A stretch of DNA of 63,814 nt, counting the filler, from Octopus bimaculoides (lineage: Eukaryota): NCBI RefSeq assembly GCF_001194135.2. It is 6 parts of 5 records of this genome, joined end to end, with 100 filler letters (N's around TTAATTAATTAA, not from the genome) between each part and the next. Parts side by side here need not be neighbours in the genome. Positions count along the whole stretch, not along the records: positions 1 to 22,773 come from NC_068982.1; 5 more parts are not named here. One strand, written 5' to 3'. The notes beneath the pieces are model-generated. The model searched no databases. It saw only the letters and a list, made by a program, of their open reading frames with translations, and was not told the origin of the DNA. Each line of letters opens with the position of its first letter. The stretch's first letter is position 1. This document shows positions 1-11,157 of the stretch, one piece after another. The translations under genes and the position numbers were made by a program.

Positions 1-85
1 AGTTTAGAATCAGTAGTTCTTTGACTGCTATTTCTGAATTTTCAGTATGTTGGAGAAGCAACTCAATTGCTAATCCCTTATATTT

Positions 86-86
86 A

Positions 87-125
<39 letters not shown>

Positions 126-292
126 ATATATATATGTATAAGTACGCATACAAACTCATATATAATACATATGAATATACATACACGTACACATGCGCAC
201 ATGCACACAAACAAACACACACACACATACGCACACACACACATACGCACGCACACACATACGCGCACCCACACACATACGCACACACACAT
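86..292. repeat. Compound (TA)n/(CA)n microsatellite
   Basis: Directly visible dinucleotide runs; they explain ORF 86..427. Confidence 0.95.
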
Positions 293-1483
293 ATTTATTT
301 TTTCGGTGCACCTTTTCTTCTGGACGTCTCAATAGATAAATGCCAAAAGCACCAGATCAAGTTATTAACGATTATCCGAGCAGAAGTAAGATTGTATTAT
401 TCACCCCTCCACCCTAAGAAAAAATAAATAAATAAATAAACTCTCGCTATATTACTGATATAAAAGTAGCTGTTCATCTCAAGAAATTCGTTCTGTATAC
501 ATTTTAACTGACTTTTATTTCAGAGATTTTGGTGAATAACGTATCAAAACACGTATGGGTAATGTTTTGTTTGTTTGGTTGTTTGTATTGATGCAGAAAT
601 AACAAGGCTACGGATTAAATATGCGGAGGAATGAAACAGAATGCTACATCTCGTTCCTTTGAGACGAATTTGATTTCTTACATGAAATTGGTTTGTAGCT
701 AAATGGTCTAAGAAATGTCAAGTATTTATTTTATTTGTACATGTACAAGAAAGAATCAAAATACTTAAACATTACTCTGTTGTTTAAAGATTCTATTAAA
801 AAAAAAAAAGCTATGCTAAGTAAAATTTCAGTTTGCGTCAATGAGGCACCGCCAAAAGGCAAAAGAAAAGGACAAAAATAAATAAAAATCGAATTTGAAA
901 AGAAACTTAAATTCCTTTTAAAAGTAAAGCGAAAACCTTTTGAAAAAATGAAAATGGATTCTGGTTACTCCAGTAGAAATAAACAATTATTTGAATACTT
1001 TTACTTTTGAGTCGTTGAATATTTTCAATCTGTGAGCGCTATTAAGATTCAGTTTAAAATATGGAATCAAAGTTTGTTTCCAAGTCACCACTAAAATGTT
1101 TAAAACTCAGTAAGTGAAGATTTACAAACATCACGTCGGTTCGCCCAGAACCATTTGCATCTATTTAGCAGCTTATGAAACCATATAACTGTCAGAGAAA
1201 ATATGTTTATATAAGTGTATTAGTATTTATTAATACTATACGAGCCATTTTGTACATTACATATTTTACAGTCATGTAGATGGAGAATATTTGCTTATTG
1301 GAACCAACGAAGGAGCTGCCACGCTTGATCTTAAACGGTGCTTCACGAAATATGAGTATATCACGAGATGGAATTAGGTGCACCGAAAACACTTGTCATG
1401 TCTGCAGGAAATGTAGGTTCGTGTCAGACTTTTCGACTTTTTTTCTATCCAAAATAGTTTCCAATCAAATATTTATGCCCTAA

Positions 1484-1638
1484 AAGGCAGTGAGCTACTA
1501 GAAACATTAGCACGGAGGGTGAAATGCTTAGCGGTATTTCGTCCGTCTTTACTTTCTGCATTCAAATTCCGTCGAGGTCGACTTTGCCTTTCACCCCCTT
1601 CGGGGTTCGATAAAATAAGTACCAGCTGGACACTGGGG
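1484..1638 (+). mobile_element. tRNA-derived SINE, family B (head AAGGCGGCGAGCTGGCAGAA-like), cut by gap
   Basis: Box A-like TGGCAGAAACGTTAGC variant, box B-like TTCAAATTCC and the GTCGACTTTGCCTTTCA core shared with many copies in the window. Confidence 0.8.
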
Positions 1639-2023
1639 NNNNNNNNNNNNNNNNNNNNNNNNNNNNNNNNNNNNNNNNNNNNNNNNNNNNNNNNNNNNNN
1701 NNNNNNNNNNNNNNNNNNNNNNNNNNNNNNNNNNNNNNNNNNNNNNNNNNNNNNNNNNNNNNNNNNNNNNNNNNNNNNNNNNNNNNNNNNNNNNNNNNNN
1801 NNNNNNNNNNNNNNNNNNNNNNNNNNNNNNNNNNNNNNNNNNNNNNNNNNNNNNNNNNNNNNNNNNNNNNNNNNNNNNNNNNNNNNNNNNNNNNNNNNNN
1901 NNNNNNNNNNNNNNNNNNNNNNNNNNNNNNNNNNNNNNNNNNNNNNNNNNNNNNNNNNNNNNNNNNNNNNNNNNNNNNNNNNNNNNNNNNNNNNNNNNNN
2001 NNNNNNNNNNNNNNNNNNNNNNN

Positions 2024-2024
2024 N

Positions 2025-2056
<32 letters not shown>

Positions 2057-2250
2057 CAGTGTTTGTCCCCCATCATCGCTCGACATCCGATGTTGGTGTG
2101 TTTACGTCCTCGTAACTTAGCGGTCCGGCAAAAGATGCCGATATAATAAGTACTAGGCTTACAAAGAATAAGTCCTGGGGTCGACTTGTTCGACTAAAGG
2201 CAGTGCTCCAGTATGGCCACAGTCAAATGACTGAAACAAATAAAAGAAAA
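2024..2250 (+). mobile_element. SINE family A, 3' half
   Basis: Matches the 3' half of the full copies at 8027, 29618 and 46826 (GTAACTTAGCGG...AAGAATAAGTCCTGGGGTCGA...CAGTCAAATGACTGAAAC). Confidence 0.85.
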
Positions 2251-2400
2251 AAAAACAGACAAACATACAATTGTCGCTAGTAAGAACACAGTTCTCTAGA
2301 ACATCTTTCATATCTACAAATGTGGGTTCGTGTCCCTCGAGCAGCCTACAACTTTTTCTATCCAAAAAGGGTTTTCAACCCCAAAATTACATGCTGTTAG

Positions 2401-2812
2401 TCGGTAGCTGGCAGAATTCTTACAGCACCGGAAAAAATGCTTAGCGGCATTTCGTCCGGCTTTAAGTTCAGAGTTCAAATGCCGTCGTGGTCGACTTTGC
2501 CTTTCATCGTTTCAGGGTCGATAAAAAAAGTACCAGTTGAGTACTGGTGTCGATGTAATCAACTTGTTCCCTTTCCTACAATTGCTAGCTTTATTAAAGG
2601 CGGCGAGCTGGCAGAACCGTTACCGTGCCAGGAAAAAACGCTGAGCAGCATTTTGTCCAGCTTTATGTTTTGAATTCAAACTCCGCAGAGGTCGACTTCA
2701 CCTTTCATCGTTTCGGGGTCGACAAAATAAATATATCAGTTGATCATAGGGGTCGATATACTCGACTTGCTCCCTTCCCTCCAATTTTTGGCCTCGTGCC
2801 TATAGCAGGAAA
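2401..2812 (+). mobile_element. Two tandem SINE family B copies (about 2401-2585 and 2598-2812)
   Basis: Two successive heads (AGCTGGCAGAA) each followed by GAGTTCAAA, GTCGACTT and the GGGTCGAT tail. Confidence 0.8.
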
Positions 2813-3122
2813 GATTATTTATAGTTTCATATGAACTTCAAGATCCAATTAAGAAAGAAAGAAAAAAAAAAAACAAAAAAAAAANNNNNNNNNNAAAAAA
2901 AAAAAAAAACAAAAAAAAAAACGAAGCAATAATAACATCGCATTTGTAAAAGAGAAACTGGAGATAAAATTAGGTTGTTTATCACAGAGTCATTCATACA
3001 GAAAACGTCAGAAAAAGCATCGAGCTCATGTTTCTTAAAGCTATATATTAAATTAATGAATCTCTAATTTAAATTATTGGCTTTTATTCAATTAAGCGTG
3101 GATGTCTTTTTTTTTTAAACAC

Positions 3123-3271
3123 GGGCGTTGCTGTATGGTAAGAAGCTTGCTTCCCAAACACATGGTTCCCGGTTCAGTTCCATTGTGTGGTACTTTGGGC
3201 AAGCATCTTCTACTATATCCTCGGCTGATCAAAGCTTTGTAAGTGGATATGGTAAACGGAGATTAAAAGAA
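3123..3271 (+). mobile_element. SINE family A, 5' tRNA-like head fragment
   Basis: GCTGTATGGTAAGAAGCTTGCTTCCCAAACACATGGTTCCCGGTTCAGTTCC is a diverged match to the family A head. Confidence 0.8.
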
Positions 3272-3703
3272 GGTGGTCAACTGGCAGAAACGTTAGAACG
3301 TCGGAAACTAAACCGGTAACTGCCATCGAGTTTGTTTGGTGCGAAGGGTGATTACCGGACACCCTGCGGAACGAAAAACAGATCCCGACAAAAGGCGGAA
3401 GAACTCAGGAGAGTCAATGGCCCTCCATTATTGTGTAAGAAACGAAGAGAAGGAGGAGGAGGAGAAAAAAAGCGATGACTATCATGTACTTGGAAAGATC
3501 AACAGAATGAAAGAAAGTTACAAGTGTGAGATGGTGACTCAGCGAAATCAACGAAACGGAGGCCTGATGAGCCATGTTTTTGTATTCAGTGAGCGAAAGG
3601 CTGAATAATACGACCAAATTAAGCACCAGGTTTGAGAGTTGTGGAAGTCGATCGTACTGTGAATGCCAACTGATTAGGCTTGGTTGTTCAACCACATCGA
3701 AGG

Positions 3704-3759
<56 letters not shown>

Positions 3760-3765
3760 CATTAT
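3704..3765. repeat. (ATT)n microsatellite
   Basis: Directly visible; source of the poly-I, poly-L and poly-Y ORFs. Confidence 0.95.
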
Positions 3766-4539
3766 CACACCAATTAACGCTTTCATTGCCGAAAACAAAT
3801 TACTTCAATTATTTCGAAAACTCACACGGCTATTTCAACAAGGTATTCGTGTTTATTCGATACAGTCTATTCAAAATGCTCAGGATCGGAAACGGTATGA
3901 TTGCATATTTGCATATATAAAATGGCTCAGCTTAGGTTATTTCATAATAAAGCTTCTTCATTGACTGTAAATTTTGTTTCCTGAAAGCGAGTGAATGTAA
4001 AAGCGCTCTGGAGAAGCTGTGCGAACGAAACGCACCAGTGGCTAAGAGTTTACAGTGCGTCAATTCAGCTTCTGCAAATGACCGCGTGACGATAGTTAAA
4101 AAACTCTCTCTCTCTCTCTCTCAACAAATATTAACTTTATTGTTGTTGTACATATTATACATGGCAGAAATACTTTTATTACAGTACACTTTTATCATTT
4201 TATGATAATAACGTAATCAAGTTACTTCAGGAGAAAATATTTGTGCTGGCTGTTACCAATGCAGTGGCAGTCAACTTTACGTCAGCTAACAACCACGCTA
4301 ACAACTTACAGCAAATCACAGTATTTAGGTTCACAGCTTATACTTAGAATTTAAGAAGAACGGCTATATCGTGGGTCTTTTTTTTTATAGGTAAAACATC
4401 GCATTTTCCGAACCGACATTCACAATAATTATGATGAGTAACCTATAGCCTTTCTTTACCCTCAGAATAAATTTAAAGTGGTAGAATTCGAAAAAAATAT
4501 GAAGAAGATACGTTGGTAAATAGAAAATATACAATGTAT

Positions 4540-4900
4540 TCCTAATATCCCACTTCAGCCATGTAATTACACACGTGCTATTCTTGGATTTTTCCCTTTC
4601 TCCGGACCTTTTCTCTCACCTTTTTCTGACGAAGAGCCATGCTCGAAACGTTATGCACTCACTCTTTGTTTCCATCTTATACCGAGCGTCAAGCTAATAT
4701 ATTTCATGCGTACGTCTTTTTGACTTCTGCTGTTTTGTTATTTTTGATTTTCAATTTGTTCACATATATATATATATATAAAATACAGAATAGGACAAGA
4801 ACACGTACAAATAACACGGAAAAAATAAATAAATAGTTACCAGGGTAGCAAAAATTCGCATAAGTGCCAAGGATGCTACAGCCTACTTATAAAGGTAGAA
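4540..4900. mobile_element. Penelope-like terminal-repeat fragments, tail-to-tail around (TA)n
   Basis: Contains CTGACGAAGAGCCATGCTCGAAACGTT, which is related to the motif at 22292-22327 and is the typical hammerhead-bearing signature of Penelope pLTRs. The family call is an inference. Confidence 0.55.
4621..4656 (+). ncRNA. Minimal type I hammerhead ribozyme-like motif (helix I decayed)
   Basis: CUGACGA at 4626-4632, extra A, helix II GAGC/GCUC, GAAA at 4645-4648 and palindromic helix III ACGU. Helix I pairs poorly. Confidence 0.5.
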
Positions 4901-4942
4901 ATTCTGGGGTTTAGTGAAATATTTTTGTATAACATAGATAAA

Positions 4943-5266
4943 TTAAGAAATGGAGTTAAACGCAGGTGTTATTCAAATCTTTATACTTCCTACATATGTT
5001 TCGAAGAAAACATTGGTATTATTTTTGAGGGAATAAAATAATGTAAAACAATGTAATCATCTCGTCAGGGGAAAAAGAGAGACAAAACATATCAATAAGC
5101 CATTTTAACCGATGTGTTTTGTCTCTCTCCCCCCCCCCCGCCGGCGAGATGATTACATTGTTTTACATCATTTTGTTTCCTCAAAAATAATACCAATGTT
5201 TTCTTCGAAACATATGTCGGAAGTATAAAGATTTGAATAACCCCTGCGTTTAACTCCATTTCTTAA
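4943..5266. repeat. Long inverted repeat (foldback), arms about 145 bp, spacer about 25 bp
   Basis: 4943-5089 is the near-exact reverse complement of 5115-5266, e.g. TAAGAAATGGAGTTAAACGCAGG vs CCTGCGTTTAACTCCATTTCTTA. Confidence 0.95.
4986..5076 (-). ncRNA. Type I hammerhead ribozyme-like motif with intact core
   Basis: On the minus strand: CCC-CUGACGA-G...C-GAAA-CAUAUG-UA-GGAAG. Helix II is 13 bp with three U.U mismatches, helix III is the palindrome ACAUAUGU, and there is a GUA cleavage triplet. Confidence 0.55.
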
Positions 5267-5272
5267 ATCATT

Positions 5273-5341
<69 letters not shown>

Positions 5342-5764
5342 ATATAAGCATACAAACACACGAGTGAGTGACCAAACAAAAGAAAGTAGTACTGAACACC
5401 TTCGGTAGGAATTACATGTAATGTTAATAACAGTTTGACTCCGATCCATATAATTTAAAGTTCCGAGGGAGCATAGAACACGTTTATCTCATAAGATGCT
5501 ACAAACAGACCAGAAGTTTTGAGAAAAACTCAAGATGGTTTCTAGTGTTTTGACTGACATTGACCAGTTCAAGTTGTGTGGTTTTAGTACTGCAATCAAA
5601 GCGACCAATAAAGGCCTAAACACCGAGAAAAGGCCGAACAGAAGACCAAACATAAAGAGTGTGTGTTTAATTGGCAAAATATGACCATCCCCAAGGATAA
5701 CAATATTTGTTTCAACACACGATTTCACATCAAGAACCTTGCATAACAAATATATAAACGCATA

Positions 5765-5886
<122 letters not shown>

Positions 5887-8026
5887 NNNNNNNNNNNNNN
5901 NNNNNNNNNNNNNNNNNNNNNNNNNNNNNNNNNNNNNNNNNNNNNNNNNNNNNNNNNNNNNNNNNNNNNNNNNNNNNNNNNNNNNNNNNNNNNNNNNNNN
6001 NNNNNNNNNNNNNNNNNNNNNNNNNNNNNNNNNNNNNNNNNNNNNNNNNNNNNNNNNNNNNNNNNNNNNNNNNNNNNNNNNNNNNNNNNNNNNNNNNNNN
6101 NNNNNNNNNNNNNNNNNNNNNNNNNNNNNNNNNNNNNNNNNNNNNNNNNNNNNNNNNNNNNNNNNNNNNNNNNNNNNNNNNNNNNNNNNNNNNNNNNNNN
6201 NNNNNNNNNNNNNNNNNNNNNNNNNNNNNNNNNNNNNNNNNNNNNNNNNNNNNNNNNNNNNNNNNNNNNNNNNNNNNNNNNNNNNNNNNNNNNNNNNNNN
6301 NNNNNNNNNNNNNNNNNNNNNNNNNNNNNNNNNNNNNNNNNNNNNNNNNNNNNNNNNNNNNNNNNNNNNNNNNNNNNNNNNNNNNNNNNNNNNNNNNNNN
6401 NNNNNNNNNNNNNNNNNNNNNNNNNNNNNNNNNNNNNNNNNNNNNNNNNNNNNNNNNNNNNNNNNNNNNNNNNNNNNNNNNNNNNNNNNNNNNNNNNNNN
6501 NNNNNNNNNNNNNNNNNNNNNNNNNNNNNNNNNNNNNNNNNNNNNNNNNNNNNNNNNNNNNNNNNNNNNNNNNNNNNNNNNNNNNNNNNNNNNNNNNNNN
6601 NNNNNNNNNNNNNNNNNNNNNCAATCTCCATTTTTCTATTCTTAAAACTTTGCACAAATTCAAACACATTCACGGCACTAATCTCTGCCAGCCATCCCTA
6701 TCTACTTATCTGAGAAACAAGTTTCTTAAAATATAATTTAAACAGACTAAAAACAAAAAACAAAAACAAAACAAAACAAAATAAAACAAAACAAAACAAA
6801 AACAACAACAGCAAAAACAACTACAACAATAACATAAAAAGACGGCTTTAAGATTTCTGCCCATCCTGTTTTACAATTTAGGGGGGGAAAATTAGGTCAG
6901 AAAGAACGAGTTACTGTCATTCAAGAGATGTCCGATTTTATATTCATAGAAATATAGCGTGCATATAAATGTGTGTGTATACACAAATACATATATCTGC
7001 ATGTATATCTGTGCGCGTACGTGCTTATATATATGTATGTATGTATGTATATGTGTGTGTGTGTACATATATATATGTATATATATATATGTGTGTGTGT
7101 ACATATGTATGTACATATATANNNNNNNNNNNNNNNNNNNNNNNNNNNNNNNNNNNNNNNNNNNNNNNNNNNNNNNNNNNNNNNNNNNNNNNNNNNNNNN
7201 NNNNNNNNNNNNNNNNNNNNNNNNNNNNNNNNNNNNNNNNNNNNNNNNNNNNNNNNNNNNNNNNNNNNNNNNNNNNNNNNNNNNNNNNNNNNNNNNNNNN
7301 NNNNNNNNNNNNNNNNNNNNNNNNNNNNNNNNNNNNNNNNNNNNNNNNNNNNNNNNNNNNNNNNNNNNNNNNNNNNNNNNNNNNNNNNNNNNNNNNNNNN
7401 NNNNNNNNNNNNNNNNNNNNNNNNNNNNNNNNNNNNNNNNNNNNNNNNNNNNNNNNNNNNNNNNNNNNNNNNNNNNNNNNNNNNNNNNNNNNNNNNNNNN
7501 NNNNNNNNNNNNNNNNNNNNNNNNNNNNNNNNNNNNNNNNNNNNNNNNNNNNNNNNNNNNNNNNNNNNNNNNNNNNNNNNNNNNNNNNNNNNNNNNNNNN
7601 NNNNNNNNNNNNNNNNNNNNNNNNNNNNNNNNNNNNNNNNNNNNNNNNNNNNNNNNNNNNNNNNNNNNNNNNNNNNNNNNNNNNNNNNNNNNNNNNNNNN
7701 NNNNNNNNNNNNNNNNNNNNNNNNNNNNNNNNNNNNNNNNNNNNNNNNNNNNNNNNNNNNNNNNNNNNNNNNNNNNNNNNNNNNNNNNNNNNNNNNNNNN
7801 NNNNNNNNNNNNNNNNNNNNNNNNNNNNNNNNNNNNNNNNNNNNNNNNNNNNNNNNNNNNNNNNNNNNNNNNNNNNNNNNNNNNNNNNNNNNNNNNNNNN
7901 NNNNNNNNNNNNNNNNNNNNNNNNNNNNNNNNNNNNNNNNNNNNNNNNNNNNNNNNNNNNNNNNNNNNNNNNNNNNNNNNNNNNNNNNNNNNNNNNNNNN
8001 NNNNNNNNNNNNNNNNNNTATATATA

Positions 8027-8438
8027 GGCGCAGGAGTGGCTGTGTGGTAAGTAGCTTGTTTACCAATCACATGGTTCTGGGTTCAGTCCCACTGCGTAGC
8101 ATCTTGGGCAAGTGTCTTCTACTATAGCTTCGGGTCCACCAAAGCCTTGTGAGTGGATTTGGTTGACAGAAACTGAAAGAAGCCCGTCGTATATATATAT
8201 ATGTATATGTATATATATGTGTGTGTGTGTTTGTTTTTCTGTGCTTGTACTCCCTCCCTCAACATTGCTTGACAACCGATGCTGGTGTGTTTACGCACCC
8301 GTAACCTAACGGCTCGGCATAAGAAACCGATAGAATAAATACAAAGAATAAGTCCTGGGGTTGATTTGCTCGACTAAAGGCGGTGCTCCAGTCAAATGAC
8401 CGCAGTCAAATGACTGAAACATGTAAAAGAGTAAAAGA
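8027..8438 (+). mobile_element. SINE family A, full length, with internal (TA)/(TG) microsatellite
   Basis: Head GGCGCAGGAGTGGCTGTGTGGTAAG (box A), GGTTCAGTCCC (box B), internal microsatellite and GTAAAAGA tail repeats; near-identical copies occur elsewhere in the window. Confidence 0.9.
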
Positions 8439-8714
8439 TATATATATATGTATGTATGTATGTATGTATATAATATTCAAAAATTGTACAGAAGAACGAC
8501 AAAGAACAAACCGAAAATTCACTCACAAGACGTCGACATGCTCCTCTTTCCTCATAAGTTATCGTCGAAAAATCATGACAATTTTACGTCTTTAACCATA
8601 AGATTGTTCATTTTGCTGGCATTTACAGGAAAACATCAAATAGCTGCTGGGAATAAGTGACCGAACATAAAGAACAGTGACCACACACACGCGCGCAAAC
8701 ACGTCAGTTATAAA

Positions 8715-9440
8715 TTATCGCTTCACCTTCGTATCTTGTCCCATTTCATATCTGACCGGACTGAACTTCGTCCGCTTTCTGTGGAAGTAACGACTTCCAG
8801 TTGTCAAGGTTCCCATTTTGCCGTGAACATCCGCTGGGTGGGGAACTGAGTATACTGTGAATGATGATGCGTAGACATATACTGACACTGAGACATCTCT
8901 ATGAGTCCTTTGGCGGTGGACAGGTGTTGTCGTCTTCTGTTAGACGTGTAATTTCAAAGCTCTTCTCTTTGACAGAACTGATCATGCACAGGCCAAGGGT
9001 TACTCGACCAGTGGAAATTTCATCATGGCGTTCTATAGAGGGTTGGTGATGGATTAAGTGCGACGATATTTTTGAGAAGACTCTGGGCGTCGAAGAAAAA
9101 ATGACTGGGTTGTCTATTCAGGAGGACTTTTGAGTCGGAGCCCATGAATAATTTCCAGAAATCCCTGGTCTGGTAGTACTACCGATGGTGGAGGGGAATT
9201 GCCGATCCTGGATAAAGTTGGCAGGGAAGGTCATGCTGTCAGCCGGGCCCGCCTGAGATTCGCGCAGAGCAATGAAATCGTTCTGCACATGCTCGCCCAG
9301 TACTCTGAGCATTATTGTCTTGTGGAATTATGTCGAACAGCTGAGTACGGATCGGGGCTATCAGCCGACTCCTCCATGAAGATTACCCACCGTCTTTCTT
9401 TGATCGTGAAAGGCAGGCAGTTTTCTTCTGTATAGTGGCG
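8715..9440 (+). mobile_element. Decayed L1/Tx1-like non-LTR retrotransposon, ORF2 region downstream of RT
   Basis: Frameshifted peptides FVRFLWK, MMRRHILTLRHL, FYRGLV, EPMNNFQKSLVW, LPILDK, NEIVLHML and LWNYVEQL lie in the order I recall for L1/Tx1-type ORF2 C-termini. Multiple stops; no database check. Confidence 0.65.
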
Positions 9441-9607
9441 NNNNNNNNNNNNNNNNNNNNNNNNNNNNNNNNNNNNNNNNNNNNNNNNNNNNNNNNNNNN
9501 NNNNNNNNNNNNNNNNNNNNNNNNNNNNNNNNNNNNNNNNNNNNNNNNNNNNNNNNNNNNNNNNAATTTGAAATCAATATTATTATTATTATCATCATCA
9601 TTATTAT

Positions 9608-11129
9608 AAATTCACTTTTAATCTGCATGTTTGTTACAATCACTTGCCAAGCCACACTCAGCGTCTTAGGACGAGTGAAGGATAAGTAATGTTACAGTAT
9701 GACTGAAAGCTTTGGAAGGGGAAGGGGCGGAGGCAGCAGCGAAATATCTTTATATAATGCAACATAGATACTTAAATAGATAAGGTTTTTCTGAGGATGT
9801 GAGCAGTACTTGTCAGCACAATCTTCTGGATTCCTCTGAGAATGGTTCTCCTGGGACATTATCTAGATGTTCCTGACATCCCTTTTTTTATCATACCTAG
9901 GGCAGCCACAATAACAAGAACAGTTCTCGCTTTAAGATGTCACATCTTTTGTATTTCAATTTCCAGGTCCTTATATTTAACTTAATTTGTCAAATTCCTT
10001 TATAGATATGTTTTTATCGGTGGGAACACTTACGTTTATTAGTCAACGAGTACTTTCTCCCTTGTCTTTAATAACTATGTCTGGTCGATTAGCCTGGTCA
10101 TTTAATAATTATGTCTAGTCATTCTGTCAGTGTTGCCTGGAAAATCCCAGAGGATAATAACATTTTTACCTTCAACGACTGACTCAAGATGACGTTCATA
10201 CCAGTAAGCAGGAGTGCTGACTTTGCAGTGTTTAAATATTCTCCAATGTAAATACTGTCTTACTCTATCGTGGCGAGTTTTGTATTCGTTTGGTGTCAAC
10301 AAAGGACATCCCGAGAAAAATGATCTATTGTTTCGTCAAATGTGTCGCAAAATATGCATTTAGGGTCAGAACCGTTTTGAAGAATGTTAGCCTGGTAGTT
10401 TTTGATAAGCAAGCTTTGATCTTGTGCTGCCAATATGAAACCCCCAGTCTCTGCTTTCAGTCCTAAACTTCTCAGCCACTTACAGGTTGTTGCTTGGTCT
10501 ACATCAGCATTTCGCCTTCGAAGTATATACTGTCAATGCAGAGGCTACTGGCTCAACCGCTCCTCAGTTTGTTTCTGCCCGTTCTTTTTGGCAGTCTGCT
10601 TGATCCGTTTTGCTGGTTTTGGGGCAGTGGTTTCAGGTTCTTCATCTATCTCAGAGTTAATGCCAATTTTCCTGGCGAATTTGCAAGCTTCCTTGACGAT
10701 AGAATGTGTTATTTTGTGGCTTTCGTGTTTGCATACAAGCCGTAACGTCCAATCCTCTGCACTAGATAAACACCTGTTCATTGCTTTTATGGAGGTCTTA
10801 TAGCACAGTTCGACCTGCATCAATCCTCTTCCTCTCTTACTTCTAGGTAGGTACAGACGATCACCGTCTGCTTTTTGGGTGGTGCATGTTAGTAGTTTTC
10901 GTGCTTCCTGTCCAGGTGTTGGAGCTCTGCAAGATTCCAGTTAATGATATTAAAACTATATTGGACTACTGGAAGTGCCAGGGTGTTAATGTCTTCGATG
11001 CGATTTTTGGAGTTGAGTTCTATTCTCCTGTAATACCCCTTTCTTATTTTTTTCCTTCAAAATAGCATGTTGTATACTATCTCCTTCGTCTATCCCCAGG
11101 TATTCAATTTTCTTGTGGGCCAAGCTACC
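9608..11129 (-). mobile_element. 5'-truncated R4/Dong-clade RLE non-LTR retrotransposon (element A), decayed
   Basis: Minus-strand peptides YLGIDEGD, HHPKAD-DRLYLPRSKRGRGLMQVE, EYKTRHDRV..YLHW..WYE..ILWDF and IVLTSTAHILRKTLSI* (stop 9772-9774). A 3' UTR follows, then a (TAA/TGA)n tail at 9578-9607. Confidence 0.85.
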
Positions 11130-11157
11130 TATTATTATTATTATTATTATTATTATT

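Noticed and set aside
9199-9435. 78-aa ORF (and 8861..9049) as host genes
   Set aside because: They are fragments of the frameshifted L1/Tx1-like ORF2.
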